The notes: generated by a model not told the origin, from the letters alone. A stretch of DNA of 52,218 bases from Candidatus Finniella inopinata (GCA_945877185.1 CAMCRD010000003.1:1-52218); one strand, 5' to 3'. Shown: positions 11,322 to 21,660, counted from the first letter of the stretch. A program made the numbers and translations.

Positions 11322-12053
11322 TTAACAATAACCTATGTGTTTTTTGACATCAATTGGGGTGCATAGTTTATAATGGAAGGCTGTGCCAATTGCTATGCCG
11401 TCGGCAAGGTTTTTTTCAATTAGGGGATCAAGGTGCGATAGCTTACCCATTCCTCCGCTAGCAATAAGAGGAATATCAACGATTACAGACATTTTCTCAA
11501 GTAAATCTGTATCAAACCCTTTTTTGGTTCCATCTTGATCAATGGATGTTAACATAATCTCGCCACATCCAAGGTCAATTCCTCTTTTTGCCCACTCTAA
11601 AACATCTATTCCTGTTTTTTCTCGCCCACCATCAATATAGACTTCATAACCAAGATTTGTTTTTTTAGCATCAATTTGTAAAACCATACATTGGCTACCA
11701 AAGTTGTCGGACACTTCTTTGATTAATGAAGGGTTTTTAACGGCTGCAGTATTTATGGAAACTTTATCGGCACCGGAGCGTAAGATGGCTTCAACGTCCT
11801 GAACTGTTTTTATACCTCCTGATACTGTTATGGGAATAAATATTCTCTCCGCTGTTTTTTTAATTAAATCAACAATATACTCTCTTTCATAGAGGCTTGC
11901 TACAGAATCCATGTAGATTAATTCGTCTGCATTTTGATTGTAATATAATTCAGCATAGTCAACCGGATTTCCGATGACACGGAGCCCTTCAAGATGAATA
12001 CCTTTAATGAGGTTTCCTCCCTTAATATCCAATCGAGAAATAACACGTACCAT
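11322..12053 (-). CDS. hisF: HisF-like cyclase subunit, second copy (glycan-locus type)
   Basis: [49 protein letters not shown]. Confidence 0.9.
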   Translation of the reverse strand: MVRVISRLDIKGGNLIKGIHLEGLRVIGNPVDYAELYYNQNADELIYMDSVASLYEREYIVDLIKKTAERIFIPITVSGGIKTVQDVEAILRSGADKVSINTAAVKNPSLIKEVSDNFGSQCMVLQIDAKKTNLGYEVYIDGGREKTGIDVLEWAKRGIDLGCGEIMLTSIDQDGTKKGFDTDLLEKMSVIVDIPLIASGGMGKLSHLDPLIEKNLADGIAIGTAFHYKLCTPIDVKKHIGYC

Positions 12054-12056
12054 CTT

Positions 12057-13142
12057 TTAATGTTTCCTCAAGGAAGCCATGATCTGGTCTAATATTTTTT
12101 GACTAGCCCCGCCATACTGTTCTAAAATGTGGTCATTTTGAAGGATAATATTGTCCTCGATAAATCTCTCTAATTCCAAAGGTGTTTCAATATTGGAAGC
12201 GCCTTTGTTGGCAAGTGGAAAAAATTCTAACCCGCCGGAGTATTTTTTATGGGCCTCTAGAAGCTCATCAAACATCATGACGGAAGCGAGCTGAGGAGCT
12301 TTTGCTTTCATCAGGTCTTTGAGCAAGAAAGCGTCAAAAAGACATGTAGAGAAGCAACTCAATATTTTTACCGCCCTCATCATTAGGGACTCGATACAAG
12401 AGGGGCGAGCCTCTAAAATGGTTATGTTTCCGTGTTTAGAGGCTGAATCAATCAAAAAACTTTCTTCTAACGGATGGAGTAAATAAATCAGTTTTCTCGT
12501 TGTTTTTTCATAAGCTTCAATAACAATTTCTAGTGTTTGTTTATAACTAGGCAAATGCCACAAAGGCTGACCAATAAACAAATCATAGTCGGGTGATGAC
12601 GACGTATCGAGGTGTTGACTTATTTCTTCGCGCTTTTTTGCCACATAATAATCATATTTAGGGGAGCCGACGATGGAGGTTGGCGCCATGATTTTTGTGG
12701 CTGTTACTTCTAGAGCTAAAGAATCTAACAAAAAAATATGATCAGCATGAACACCTAAATTTAGGTTCACATACCCCCAATAGTCTTGAAAACTAAACGT
12801 TGGAATTTTTTCTTTACATACCTTTAATAAGACTTCATCAATTCCCGCATAACTCCCAGAAATGCCCGTTAGCAAGACATCTGGCCTTAAGATGTTAGTG
12901 TATTTTGTCAGTTCTTCTTGAAACTTCTGAAGATAATCTGGGCTATCGAGCCCCTCTGAAGGAAGAGGGAGATGATAGATTCTTCCTTCCCTATCTTGTG
13001 GAAAAAGTTCCTGGGAAGGCCCAGAGATTAGGCAAGAAACCTCGATCTCATTATGATGGGATAAACACGCTTCATAAACGGGGTAAAGAGCGGTCCCTGA
13101 TCCAAAATCGTTAGCTGATATAAGAAGTCTTTTCTTCATCAA
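12057..13142 (-). CDS. Hypothetical GT-B-like protein (putative glycosyltransferase)
   Basis: QDYWG, VGSPKYD, LHP.E, SCFST and C-terminal GASQKI resemble GT-B proteins of nonulosonate loci. Confidence 0.45.
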   Translation of the reverse strand: MMKKRLLISANDFGSGTALYPVYEACLSHHNEIEVSCLISGPSQELFPQDREGRIYHLPLPSEGLDSPDYLQKFQEELTKYTNILRPDVLLTGISGSYAGIDEVLLKVCKEKIPTFSFQDYWGYVNLNLGVHADHIFLLDSLALEVTATKIMAPTSIVGSPKYDYYVAKKREEISQHLDTSSSPDYDLFIGQPLWHLPSYKQTLEIVIEAYEKTTRKLIYLLHPLEESFLIDSASKHGNITILEARPSCIESLMMRAVKILSCFSTCLFDAFLLKDLMKAKAPQLASVMMFDELLEAHKKYSGGLEFFPLANKGASNIETPLELERFIEDNIILQNDHILEQYGGASQKILDQIMASLRKH

Positions 13143-14137
13143 AAAGAGATCGTTCTTTTCTCTTCGGTTGAGAGTCGAATCGCATCAATAATTTCAACAA
13201 CACGTTTTCCATCCTCAAACTTAGGGCCTTGTTGGGCACCATTTGTTTTAATTTGATCAATAAAATAATTCACTTCATTGACATACATTTGATTGTAGTC
13301 CTTGCCTTCCATCAAAACTTCTTTCTTATTATCGATGGTTTCATGGATAATCTTGCGGGTGTGAATATCCCATGTTAATGTCCCTTCAGTCCCGCTGACT
13401 TGAAAGAATTCACGCCAAGGCCTCGTGAATAAGTCGATGTGAATTGAGACATTTAAATTAGATTTCATTGTAAAGATGAATTCGCCAAAATCATCTGTCT
13501 CAATTTCTAAATCGCTATGCTTTTTTGTAATACCAAATACAGACTCAATATCACCAAAAAACCACAGGGCCATATCATACAAATGGCTTTGATCGAGCAA
13601 AGTCCCTCCGCCCAGCTTCTTTTTCGCCATATAGAAGGTGCGATAGTCTTCATGGGGGTGCCAGTCTGGCAGATAAGTGGACATCTCCGCACGGGCATAC
13701 AATAATTTTCCAATAAGCCCACTTTTGAGGAGCTCACTAAATTTATTAGCGACAGGATCAAACCGAAAACAGTAGGCTGTGAAAACAAAGTTATTATTTT
13801 GTTTTGCTTTTTCTTCCAGTTGTTTTGCAAAGCGACCATCGACGCCCAGGGGCTTTTCGATCATTAACGCTAGCTTGTGGTCGATGAGAGACAGAGCGTC
13901 TTCGTAATGCAATGAAGTGGGCGTTGCAACGATAGCGCCATCGTAAACATTCGCTGTCAGCGCATCTTCCCTTGTTGGGAAAACTTGATTGGCAAGAACG
14001 CCCAGGCTCACAATTTCCTTTCTTCTCTCTTCATTGGGTTCCACAACAAAAATGCCATTTGGTGAGCCCATTACAGATAATAGATTCTTAATGTGGCGTT
14101 TTCCAATGCTGCCACCACCTAACACTAGTATTTTCAT
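13139..14137 (-). CDS. Gfo/Idh/MocA oxidoreductase
   Basis: GGGSIGKRH, IEKPL, YLPDWHP.EDYR, GGGTLLDQSH. Confidence 0.9.
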   Translation of the reverse strand: MKILVLGGGSIGKRHIKNLLSVMGSPNGIFVVEPNEERRKEIVSLGVLANQVFPTREDALTANVYDGAIVATPTSLHYEDALSLIDHKLALMIEKPLGVDGRFAKQLEEKAKQNNNFVFTAYCFRFDPVANKFSELLKSGLIGKLLYARAEMSTYLPDWHPHEDYRTFYMAKKKLGGGTLLDQSHLYDMALWFFGDIESVFGITKKHSDLEIETDDFGEFIFTMKSNLNVSIHIDLFTRPWREFFQVSGTEGTLTWDIHTRKIIHETIDNKKEVLMEGKDYNQMYVNEVNYFIDQIKTNGAQQGPKFEDGKRVVEIIDAIRLSTEEKRTISF

Positions 14138-14850
14138 TTTATTTTCCTTTCTTCATTTTTATTATTAAAAAGATATGCCTCAGCTATCTTCCAGTCGTGT
14201 TCTGTATCAATATTGACAGATCGCTCTCTGGGCATGACATACGTTAGGGTTTCATCATCAAAAAAACATTTGTTCTTGATGAACCATGGCGTTTTGACTA
14301 CATATAAAGCTCCATTAATTTCATAAGGGATCGGCATATCTTGCGACCGGGTATGGTTTAAATCCTTAATAGAAATACCGCAAGGAGAAGCCAACCTCCC
14401 CTCCTCATCTCGCATAAAAAGCATCAAATGGCTTTTCTCAGATTCACACACGCTAATAACACTATCTTTGTTCTTTGAAAGGGCAAACTCGATAGCGCGG
14501 TCAATATCTTCTGTCGTCCGAAAGGGCGATGTAGGCTGGAGTAAGACAACCCAATCATACTTTTCTTCCAATGATTGCAGGGCATGAAGGACGACATCGT
14601 AGGATGTAGCATGATCTCCGGAAAGGGCATCTGGCCGGACAAAAGGCACATCACAGCCTTCTTTTTTTGCAATTTGAATGGCCTCAGGGTCATCGGTGGA
14701 CAAGATCAGGCGATCAATATGTTTGGAGTGTTGAGCAGCTCTTATCGTCCAAGATATAAGGGGAGCATCCCCTAGAAGTCTAATATTTTTTTGAGGGAGC
14801 CGCTTGGAACCTCCTCTTGCCGTAATGATGGCTAAAACCTTGTCTTGCAA
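14134..14850 (-). CDS. neuA: Acylneuraminate (ulosonic acid) cytidylyltransferase
   Basis: ARGGSKRLPQKN, STDD, LLQPTSPFR, NGALY, SVNIDT; TTG start. Confidence 0.9.
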   Translation of the reverse strand: MQDKVLAIITARGGSKRLPQKNIRLLGDAPLISWTIRAAQHSKHIDRLILSTDDPEAIQIAKKEGCDVPFVRPDALSGDHATSYDVVLHALQSLEEKYDWVVLLQPTSPFRTTEDIDRAIEFALSKNKDSVISVCESEKSHLMLFMRDEEGRLASPCGISIKDLNHTRSQDMPIPYEINGALYVVKTPWFIKNKCFFDDETLTYVMPRERSVNIDTEHDWKIAEAYLFNNKNEERKIK

Positions 14851-14852
14851 AG

Positions 14853-16142
14853 TTACCCCCGTCCTTGTTCTAAATTTATAACTTCACAAACAGATTGGCC
14901 ATTTTCTGTTACAGCTGCCACGCCGACTCTTTGAATAGTGCTCCAACGTGGAGAAGAATATCCCCATGATGTTGATGATTCCATGGTCATATTATCTCGG
15001 TAAAACAACCCACCTTCCTCTTCAACAGCTAAGAACACATCTCCAGAGAAAACAGGTTGATTTGAAGAAGCTATTAGTACCTCATTCTCAACCTTAAGGC
15101 TGAGAGAAAGAGGAAGTTTTTCTTGTTGGTTGAGATAAAGTTTTGCCGCTTCAAGGGCATTCACATATCGCCACTCAACATCAGGATAGTCTGGTGAAAT
15201 TTTTGTAATAAGCCTATGCATATGTTCAATTTCTGGTCTGATATCCCGCCGATCATGGTTGGTATAGGCAAGAACAGCAACGCCTGTTTCCCGGGCTTGA
15301 TGAAAGGCAATTTTAACCTCTTCATCATCCAATCTGCAGCCTGGTGTTTTAATATCAAGGCATCTAAAAATGCTTCGTTTCATATTGCCTACTTTACGAT
15401 AATCATAAAAACAAGGATTATAGGCTCCCCACGTCATAGGAGCATGGCGCCAATCACTTTGTGATCCCGCGGAAAACTCTGCATATTTATTATTCTGATT
15501 TGAATAGTCAAAGGGTATAAACCGCTCTAGCCAATGGCTAATATCGTTTCTTTCAATAACCCCCCCGGAGCGGAACAAGACGGGGAACCATTTTTTCTCA
15601 ATAACTTTCCTGGCTAAAACCTGTTCATGAAAATCATTATTAGACCAGCTTGTATTATAATGAAGCGCATGGTGTGTGGGGGGGACGGTGTGAAAATGCC
15701 ATCCAATCACATCATTATAAAAACGGTCTTTTAAGATGCGATGATAGTGATCCCAAACAGTATGGAATCCAAGGGCTTTTCTTCGAGGGTTATCTTTGTA
15801 CCCGACGATATCGATAATAAACCAGGAAAAGGTATAAAGGCTTCCGTCCGGGCTTGCATGGGCCTTTCGGTACGCAGGATCTGTGGCTTGCAAAACCATT
15901 TTTTCAAGATCTTGCCAGGTTGATAGATAAGACAATCGGGAAGGGGAAAGATACTCTGCAACATCATTTTCCTGGCCGCCTAAGTCGATCTCTTTATTTT
16001 GTAAGGCTTCTAGGGTTTGTAGGGAAGGTGGAAGGTCCACATTTCGTTCTTTCCTTAACCTCTCAAAGGTTGCTTCTAAGCTTTCTTCAAGGGGGCCTTC
16101 CGTATCAACACAATGAACCACGTAGACAACAGGTTTTGACAT
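14853..16142 (-). CDS. Hypothetical protein, probable CE4/NodB-like metal-dependent deacetylase fold
   Basis: HCVDTEGP, GWHFH, FRSGG, FDYS, TNHD appear in the order of CE4-like motifs 1-5. Confidence 0.5.
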   Translation of the reverse strand: MSKPVVYVVHCVDTEGPLEESLEATFERLRKERNVDLPPSLQTLEALQNKEIDLGGQENDVAEYLSPSRLSYLSTWQDLEKMVLQATDPAYRKAHASPDGSLYTFSWFIIDIVGYKDNPRRKALGFHTVWDHYHRILKDRFYNDVIGWHFHTVPPTHHALHYNTSWSNNDFHEQVLARKVIEKKWFPVLFRSGGVIERNDISHWLERFIPFDYSNQNNKYAEFSAGSQSDWRHAPMTWGAYNPCFYDYRKVGNMKRSIFRCLDIKTPGCRLDDEEVKIAFHQARETGVAVLAYTNHDRRDIRPEIEHMHRLITKISPDYPDVEWRYVNALEAAKLYLNQQEKLPLSLSLKVENEVLIASSNQPVFSGDVFLAVEEEGGLFYRDNMTMESSTSWGYSSPRWSTIQRVGVAAVTENGQSVCEVINLEQGRG

Positions 16143-16810
16143 TAGATTCCTTTATTATTCCTGGCAAAAACAAGAAAATCCCGGGATTGGGATGATAAAT
16201 CAATATCCTGGGATTGGTTTTGTTGGGTACCAATTTCATGGTAATATACTAGGAAGTCTTCGATGATCAATTCCTTTGAAATAATTTCTAAAAAATCTTT
16301 TTCGTCAGAAATTATTTCCCTAAAAAAAACGTTTGTATTCTTGAAACCCATAGAAAGGGCTGCCAATCCATCTGGTTTCAGCAGGCGTTTCATTTCGATT
16401 AAGCAGGGATTGATGAAATCCAAAACATATTGGAAGACTCCATAGCAGACAATAATATCAAAAGTATTATCCGCAAAATCAAGTCCTTTAAGAAAATCCC
16501 CCGTTTGTAATTTGATATCTGGACCATATAGGTTCTTTCCTTGCTCAACGGCTGTGGGGCTAATGTCGATGCCAATGGCATCTATACCGTCTTGATGTAG
16601 ATGATTTATGAATGCACCGTAGCCTGCACCAATATCAAGGATTTTAACCTTCTTCCCCATAAGATTGATTCTATCGATGACAAGGCGAAATTTAGGAGAA
16701 TCAATTTGAAATTGACCAGGGTAAACATTATCAAAATTTTTATAGGCGCTCTCAAAGTCTCTGATCACTTTTTTGTTTTGAACATCAAATATATGCTTGT
16801 TATAGGTCAT
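16142..16810 (-). CDS. Class I SAM-dependent methyltransferase
   Basis: ILDIGAGYG, GIDIS, FDII, RLLKPDG. Confidence 0.85.
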   Translation of the reverse strand: MTYNKHIFDVQNKKVIRDFESAYKNFDNVYPGQFQIDSPKFRLVIDRINLMGKKVKILDIGAGYGAFINHLHQDGIDAIGIDISPTAVEQGKNLYGPDIKLQTGDFLKGLDFADNTFDIIVCYGVFQYVLDFINPCLIEMKRLLKPDGLAALSMGFKNTNVFFREIISDEKDFLEIISKELIIEDFLVYYHEIGTQQNQSQDIDLSSQSRDFLVFARNNKGI

Positions 16811-18092
16811 TGACTTTTCTCCTGAGGCGCCATGAGTCGCCTTCTTTCACCCAAAGATGAGGGGAGCGGAAACGGTTCGTGAGAGCGTTAAAGTAATTCC
16901 GGTCCATAATAGGGACTTCAAACTGCTTTGAGGCTTCTGGAAAATCCTCGGGAGGTAAGCTCAAATAGTCGAGTATTTCTTGAAAAAATCTCTCTGGAAA
17001 TTCACCATCGTAGCGTTTCACCAGCGCGACCCCTTCTTCACGGGTAATGTCCCCAGAGCGAATTTCCTGGGCGGCATCATAAGATGCCCGACCAATCCCA
17101 AATTTAATATAAGTTGTAAAATAATGCAGATCATCAATTTTATCATCGATGCTATTGTATTTGCTATAAGTTCCCGGCGTTCGTTCCGGTGCTGCCTGAA
17201 AATTACTATGTTCCGTTGCGTAGTAATAGCAACTTTGAGGGTGCCACTCTAAGTAATAACCCAAATAATGGACTTTAATATTTTTTTCTTCTAAAGTACC
17301 AAAATCAATAGGTAAATAGGGGTTTAAATCGACGGCTTTTAGACCATAGTCTTCTTTTAATTGGGTGATAGATACACCCCCCAGATAAAGCTCTTGAGAA
17401 TCACTGGCGTAGTAGGATTTATCACGAAGAGCGCTTAAGGTATCAGCTATTGGGTTCCCATACTCAGCTTCATTTTCACCATAAAAAACAAGCGGAATAT
17501 TAAAAAGTGCGGCCATTTTTGGTGCATAAGATTTCTGGCCAATAATAAAAGGCTGGAACGGATGAAATAAGTTCTCTACAGCCAGTCGCGTCAGGAGTCT
17601 ATGGATGCGCCCGTTGGGGGTGCATAAGTAGTTATCAAACCCGGCATGTGTCCAGGATTCAAAGTTTTTCCATCCCCAATCCGTATACATGTGAGGCGCC
17701 CACGTTACTGTTAAAGGATTCATACCATATTTGTGTTTAAGAACATGAGCTGCATAAAAGCTATCTTTGCCACCGGAACCGGGGACCAAACAATCATATT
17801 CCCCATTATTCTTTCGGTATCGGTCACATAATTCTCTTAATTGTTTATCCCGCTCTTCCCAATTGATGGTTGTCTTTTTTTGCTCTGCCAGCCTACAGGC
17901 GTCACAAATCCCCTCTTCATTGAAGCCAATCGTCTTTTTTAAGCTCTTTTGATTATGTTCATATTCCACGCAAGAATTGGGCCGCTGATTAGAAATAACA
18001 CATTTTTTGCAATACTCTACGAGGGGGGGGAGGCCATACCAAGCTTCATGATCATGTTGATGGTTTACATTCTGATATGTGGGATTGGTCAT
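16800..18092 (-). CDS. N-acetyl sugar amidotransferase (PseA/PtmG-like acetamidino synthase)
   Basis: CKKCVISNQRP, CDAC, PP-loop PGSGGKDS, YGENEAEYG, KFGIGRA. Confidence 0.9.
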   Translation of the reverse strand: MTNPTYQNVNHQHDHEAWYGLPPLVEYCKKCVISNQRPNSCVEYEHNQKSLKKTIGFNEEGICDACRLAEQKKTTINWEERDKQLRELCDRYRKNNGEYDCLVPGSGGKDSFYAAHVLKHKYGMNPLTVTWAPHMYTDWGWKNFESWTHAGFDNYLCTPNGRIHRLLTRLAVENLFHPFQPFIIGQKSYAPKMAALFNIPLVFYGENEAEYGNPIADTLSALRDKSYYASDSQELYLGGVSITQLKEDYGLKAVDLNPYLPIDFGTLEEKNIKVHYLGYYLEWHPQSCYYYATEHSNFQAAPERTPGTYSKYNSIDDKIDDLHYFTTYIKFGIGRASYDAAQEIRSGDITREEGVALVKRYDGEFPERFFQEILDYLSLPPEDFPEASKQFEVPIMDRNYFNALTNRFRSPHLWVKEGDSWRLRRKVNDL

Positions 18093-18826
18093 ATTTTAGA
18101 TCTCTTTTTTGTAACTTTTAAGATGCTTTGATTAACGAGTTGTCCTGCGCCGTTGACTTGTTGGAATGAGTTCTCATTTGTTTGAATAGTCCAGGTTCGC
18201 ATGGGGTCTTCTTGGTGGGGCGCTCGTGCAAAGGGCATTTTAAAATCAACCCACTCAAAGTCTGCCTCATGGCTTGATAACAGGTTTTCTATACCGACCT
18301 TAGAAAAAATATTCCACCCCTTTTCCCAAGAAGATGGAGAATTTCTGACGTCTCGGTATCGCATAATGACATCAATTGGAAACGTATTAAACTCACTCGT
18401 TATCAGTAAGATACCCCCTTCATTAACAGATGAATATAAATTCTCGAAAGGTTCTTTGAAATCATCAAATATAGAAAACGTACCTAAACAAGTAATGGCA
18501 TCATATGTTGATTTTATACAATTTTTCTCTGTCAAAGAAGCCTCTATTGTAATGGCTTCTTTTATGTTTTCTTTTAAAATATTAAGAAGCTCTTTGTGAA
18601 TATCTAAACCTGTCATGTGGATTTGTTTATCTGGTAATGAATTTTTTAAAAGATATAAGAAGCTCCCTTGAGCACACCCAGCATCCAAACATGAGAATTC
18701 TTGCTGGTCTGAAAAATGATCCCTTATTAAAGAGACAACTTTTTTGTGTATTTCTTTGGGGTTATCGATGGGGATATTGCAGTATATATTTTTATCTATA
18801 TTGCGGCTGGAAGTAACTGGGAGCAT
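18089..18826 (-). CDS. Class I SAM-dependent methyltransferase
   Basis: LDAGCAQG, GLDI, YDAITCLG; AGAGG RBS upstream of the ATG. Confidence 0.85.
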   Translation of the reverse strand: MLPVTSSRNIDKNIYCNIPIDNPKEIHKKVVSLIRDHFSDQQEFSCLDAGCAQGSFLYLLKNSLPDKQIHMTGLDIHKELLNILKENIKEAITIEASLTEKNCIKSTYDAITCLGTFSIFDDFKEPFENLYSSVNEGGILLITSEFNTFPIDVIMRYRDVRNSPSSWEKGWNIFSKVGIENLLSSHEADFEWVDFKMPFARAPHQEDPMRTWTIQTNENSFQQVNGAGQLVNQSILKVTKKRSKI

Positions 18827-18840
18827 TGGATCCTCTATGT

Positions 18841-20007
18841 TCAGGCTATTTCGTGAAATACTTTTTCACAATTATCTTGAAAATTATAACTAATTATTTG
18901 TTCAACTATCTTTTGTGCCGTTTTCCCTGTCCCGTAAGGGTGATCCTTTTTATTCACATCTTCCGAAAATTCAGATGAAATCGCTTGTTTAATGGATTGA
19001 CGTATGTCTTGTGCATTAAAATTACAATCTATAATGGAGGATGTTCGAAGCCGGCCTTCTTGACGTCGGCCAATATTAACGGTTGGTGTTCCCACGATAG
19101 GAGCTTCGATAATGCCACTGGATGAATTTCCAACAATGGCACGCGCATTTTTTAAAGCAGATAGATATAGACTTCCAAGATTATCTACAGAAAAGTACCG
19201 TTTATCTTGGGATATCGCTTTTTGGAGGACGATCTCGTTGATTTTCCGACCTTTAGGGTCAGCATTTGAACTGGTCCACAAGATTTGATGATCCGGAAAC
19301 GCATCTAAGGCGCTAAAAAGAGGCTCGAGTTGTCCTGCTACATCGTCATTTCCTTTTGTTTCAGGGTGAAACGTTATTAAAAAATAATTCTCTTCCAAAG
19401 GAATTTTTAGAGTATGCGCAAGCTCTTTCGTCGTTTTTTGAGGGGTCATTAAGACATTATCTACCGCTAGGGCACCAACATTAAAAACAGACCCAGGCTG
19501 CTCCCCCATTTGAATGATCCGCTTCTTGTAATCCTCTGTAGCTGCAAAATGGAGGGTGGCCATTTTGGTAATGCAATGCCTTATAGCATCATCAAAGGCC
19601 CCGTAGGTGAGCTCTCCTCCATGAATATGGGCGATGGGTATCCCAAAAATATGAGTTGCCGTTGCAAAACTCATCATTTCAAACCGATCACCCAGCAATA
19701 CCACAAGATCAGGCCTTAAACGAGAGAGGATGTTTGAGTATTGAACCATTCCCAGGCCCATGGATGTTACAGTTGCAGCGGAATCATCAGATGATATCAA
19801 CATGCTTGTCTTCTCGGTAATAGGATACCCATCAGCCTCAATAAGCTTCCACGTATTTCCAAACTCCTTGCTTGTATGCATGCCAGAGGCAATAAGTTGC
19901 AAATCAATATGATCTGATTGCTTTTGGAGTTCATTGAGAAGGGGGCGCAACAAAAAATAATCTGAGCGCGCACAGGTAAAAACGCAAATTTTCTTCTTAT
20001 GTATCAT
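18841..20007 (-). CDS. neuC: Hydrolysing NDP-N-acetylhexosamine 2-epimerase (NeuC/LegG)
   Basis: ARSDY, GDRFE, AHIHGGE, DDAIRH.ITK, TFHPET, GNSSSGIIEAP, RQEGR. Start at the ATGA overlap (20007). Confidence 0.92.
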   Translation of the reverse strand: MIHKKKICVFTCARSDYFLLRPLLNELQKQSDHIDLQLIASGMHTSKEFGNTWKLIEADGYPITEKTSMLISSDDSAATVTSMGLGMVQYSNILSRLRPDLVVLLGDRFEMMSFATATHIFGIPIAHIHGGELTYGAFDDAIRHCITKMATLHFAATEDYKKRIIQMGEQPGSVFNVGALAVDNVLMTPQKTTKELAHTLKIPLEENYFLITFHPETKGNDDVAGQLEPLFSALDAFPDHQILWTSSNADPKGRKINEIVLQKAISQDKRYFSVDNLGSLYLSALKNARAIVGNSSSGIIEAPIVGTPTVNIGRRQEGRLRTSSIIDCNFNAQDIRQSIKQAISSEFSEDVNKKDHPYGTGKTAQKIVEQIISYNFQDNCEKVFHEIA

Positions 20008-21050
20008 CGCCCACCAAAAATTTCTCTTACCGCCTCTAAATCGCGGATATTCCCAATGTCTTGCCAATTCTCATAAATAGGAAAGACCATAACTTTTTTC
20101 TTATGATTAAGGAGTTGAGCGATTAAACAGGTCATATCTATCTTCTTATCTGTTTGAATTTCCGAGATTGTTTTGGGAGAAAGGACATATATTCCACAAT
20201 TAATACAATAAGGGACTAAAGGTTTTTCCTCTAAAGATGATACATGACGATCTTCGTGGTTGATGACACCATAAGGTACCTTTAGCCAAATCTTTTGTAT
20301 CCCAACTGTTGCATCAGCATCATCATTTACATGATAATCTAATAGCTCTCCGAAATTAACACTTGTTACAAGATCTCCATTTAAAATGATGATATTCTTA
20401 TCAATCTTTTCTTTTTCTAATAATTTGAGAGAACCAGCAGTTCCAAGCTTTTTGTCTTCTTTTAAATAAGAGATGTTCACGCCCCACTTTTTTCCATCCC
20501 CAAAGTAACTCTCTATCATATCACCCAGATAGTTTATTGATAAATAAAAATTCTTAAATCCCTGATTGATGAGGTGAACAAGAAGACGTTCAATGATAGG
20601 GCTTCCATTAAGGTCAACTAAAGGCTTTGGAATAGTATTTGTGATAGGACGGAGGCGAATCCCTTCACCCCCAGCCATGATGACGACTGGATTATCTCGT
20701 GAAGTGATCGATAACAAGTCATCTTTTGAATAAACCCCCTTTAGTTCTCTTTTTTCATTTATGACAGGTATATATTTCAAATCAAGTGCAATAGCTTTTT
20801 TGAAAATCTCTTGACTAGGCGTGCTTTGGAATACTGTAACAGGATTGTTATTAATAACTTTCTGCACGTTATCATTTAAGTCAATATTTTTTAAAATGCC
20901 ACGACGGATGTCACCATCTGTTATGGTTCCCATAAGTATATTGTCTTGACTTGCGACAATTGCAATTTGTGCCCTATTTTTTTCAAAAAGACTCATAACA
21001 CCTTTGATGGTCTCACCTTCTTGAATAACTAATTTTTTCCAGTCTTTCAT
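20004..21050 (-). CDS. CBS-domain sugar-1-phosphate nucleotidyltransferase (PtmE-like)
   Basis: N-terminal CBS pair (GTITDGDIRR), IMAGGEGIRLRPIT..PKPL, LGTAG, NGD, WQDIG. Confidence 0.9.
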   Translation of the reverse strand: MKDWKKLVIQEGETIKGVMSLFEKNRAQIAIVASQDNILMGTITDGDIRRGILKNIDLNDNVQKVINNNPVTVFQSTPSQEIFKKAIALDLKYIPVINEKRELKGVYSKDDLLSITSRDNPVVIMAGGEGIRLRPITNTIPKPLVDLNGSPIIERLLVHLINQGFKNFYLSINYLGDMIESYFGDGKKWGVNISYLKEDKKLGTAGSLKLLEKEKIDKNIIILNGDLVTSVNFGELLDYHVNDDADATVGIQKIWLKVPYGVINHEDRHVSSLEEKPLVPYCINCGIYVLSPKTISEIQTDKKIDMTCLIAQLLNHKKKVMVFPIYENWQDIGNIRDLEAVREIFGGR

Positions 21051-21053
21051 TGA

Positions 21054-21653
21054 TTAACTACCCTGCCAAATATTTCCGGCCTTGATGAAAGAATTTTCAG
21101 GAACAGATGTGCTTTGAATGATAACCGAAGAAGCCCCTATATAGGAACAGTTTCCTACCTTTGCACCACCCAATATGATCGAACCAGGGGCAATATGAGA
21201 GCCTGCTCCAATATAGGCATCGTGTTCAATAATGGCTCTTGTGTTGATAATGGTATCTTCTTCGATGCATGAAAAGCTATTGATCACAGCTCCTGCCAGA
21301 ACGTGAGCCCCAGGATGTATTTTAGAAGTAGGGCTGATAATGGCTTGAGGATGAATGATCGTGGGGAAAATAGCCCCATAGGCCTTGTATGCGTGAATTT
21401 TTTGGAAGCGTTCTTTTAAAGAATCAGCATTTTTGCCGACGATACTCATGGCAAATTGTGATTTTTTAGAACACAGTTCTTTCACCTCTACCTCTGAAAG
21501 CCTTGGAATAGAGAGATTTTCCAACCAATCGATAGGAGTTAAGTCACTGTACCCTAAAATTTTTCCACCGCGTAACATAAGGCAGTCAACGATAACCTTG
21601 CAATGGCCGCCTCCCCCGATAAGGTAAATAGGACTCTTTACATCTAATTCCAT
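21054..21653 (-). CDS. NeuD/PglD/LegH-family sugar N-acetyltransferase
   Basis: IGGGGHCKV, IIHPQA, IINT.AIIEHD, hexapeptide repeats. Confidence 0.88.
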   Translation of the reverse strand: MELDVKSPIYLIGGGGHCKVIVDCLMLRGGKILGYSDLTPIDWLENLSIPRLSEVEVKELCSKKSQFAMSIVGKNADSLKERFQKIHAYKAYGAIFPTIIHPQAIISPTSKIHPGAHVLAGAVINSFSCIEEDTIINTRAIIEHDAYIGAGSHIAPGSIILGGAKVGNCSYIGASSVIIQSTSVPENSFIKAGNIWQGS

Positions 21654-21660
21654 AAAAACC

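Noticed and set aside
7798-12053. hisH/hisF as a histidine biosynthesis operon
   Set aside because: No other his genes are present, and both pairs accompany N-acetyl-sugar amidotransferases, as in glycan loci.
18841-20067. ORF-track N-terminal extensions of neuC (and similarly wbqC and the genes at 214 and 989)
   Set aside because: The extensions overlap upstream genes extensively; downstream starts at short overlaps match family N-termini better.
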